Shown here: in pieces, positions 56,030-56,182 of the stretch | Position numbering within the stretch: position 1 is the first letter of the stretch | Layout of the letters: every line of letters starts with the position of its first letter | NCBI GenBank assembly: GCA_964248025.1 | Contig: CAXTWU010000001.1 | Span: 1 to 56,182 of the forward strand | Reading direction: 5' to 3' | DNA: 56,182 bases | Source of the DNA: an uncultured Acidobacteriaceae bacterium | Lineage (GTDB): Bacteria > Acidobacteriota > Terriglobia > Terriglobales > Acidobacteriaceae | The notes under the pieces: generated by a model | What the model was told of the DNA's origin: nothing | What the model saw: only the letters and a program-made list of their open reading frames with translations | Database searches by the model: none | Program-made: the position numbers and the translations under genes

Positions 56030-56182
56030 GCGAGGGCTGGTGCCACACACACAACCTGCAGTGGTGGCAAGATTGAGCGTCACGGAAAACCCCGCTTGCC
56101 TCGTTTTATACGCACAGGCGGGCGCGCCGTCAAATGACCTTCGATTCATGCGGGCCGGTATGCGGCGATGGGCGAAGATACA

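Noticed and set aside
56086-56122. Terminator-like hairpin upstream of the TPR gene
   Set aside because: The loop is large (16 nt), the U-tract is short, and the upstream context is cut off by the window edge.

Overview
This is a GC-rich bacterial chromosomal window; gene content and order suggest Acidobacteriota (Acidobacteriaceae-like), which is an inference. Most of it is housekeeping: the end of gap followed by pgk-tpiA, iaaA, ribA, a LytS-type kinase, bshA, a YdjC deacetylase, tRNA-Val(TAC), cdsA-dxr-rseP, folD, phoU, an A-type Fe-S carrier, Mn-catalase, an M16 peptidase, rlmN and yvcK. Two surface-structure loci stand out. The first (about 7.8-23.7 kb) has a diguanylate cyclase, a long structured leader, and a wzc-wza-wzy-like cluster carrying a Ser-rich exported orphan protein, ugd, a plant-type GDP-mannose 3,5-epimerase homologue, a GT9 heptosyltransferase and the complete ADP-heptose pathway. 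The second (about 39.2-49.7 kb) is a type IV pilus/T2SS-like operon whose terminal pseudopilin has a large Gly/Ser/Phe repeat insert. A Phd/YefM-VapC toxin-antitoxin pair lies between rlmN and yvcK. No CRISPR array, integrase, transposase or rRNA was seen. Sequence-level oddities include tpiA and lolA lacking a usable canonical start (both frames are open in -1 into the upstream gene), about ten genes with a -10 box directly before the start codon (leaderless pattern), a hairpin-split Shine-Dalgarno at pilC, and two candidate structured 5' leaders. All functional calls come from motif recognition by eye; no searches were run.
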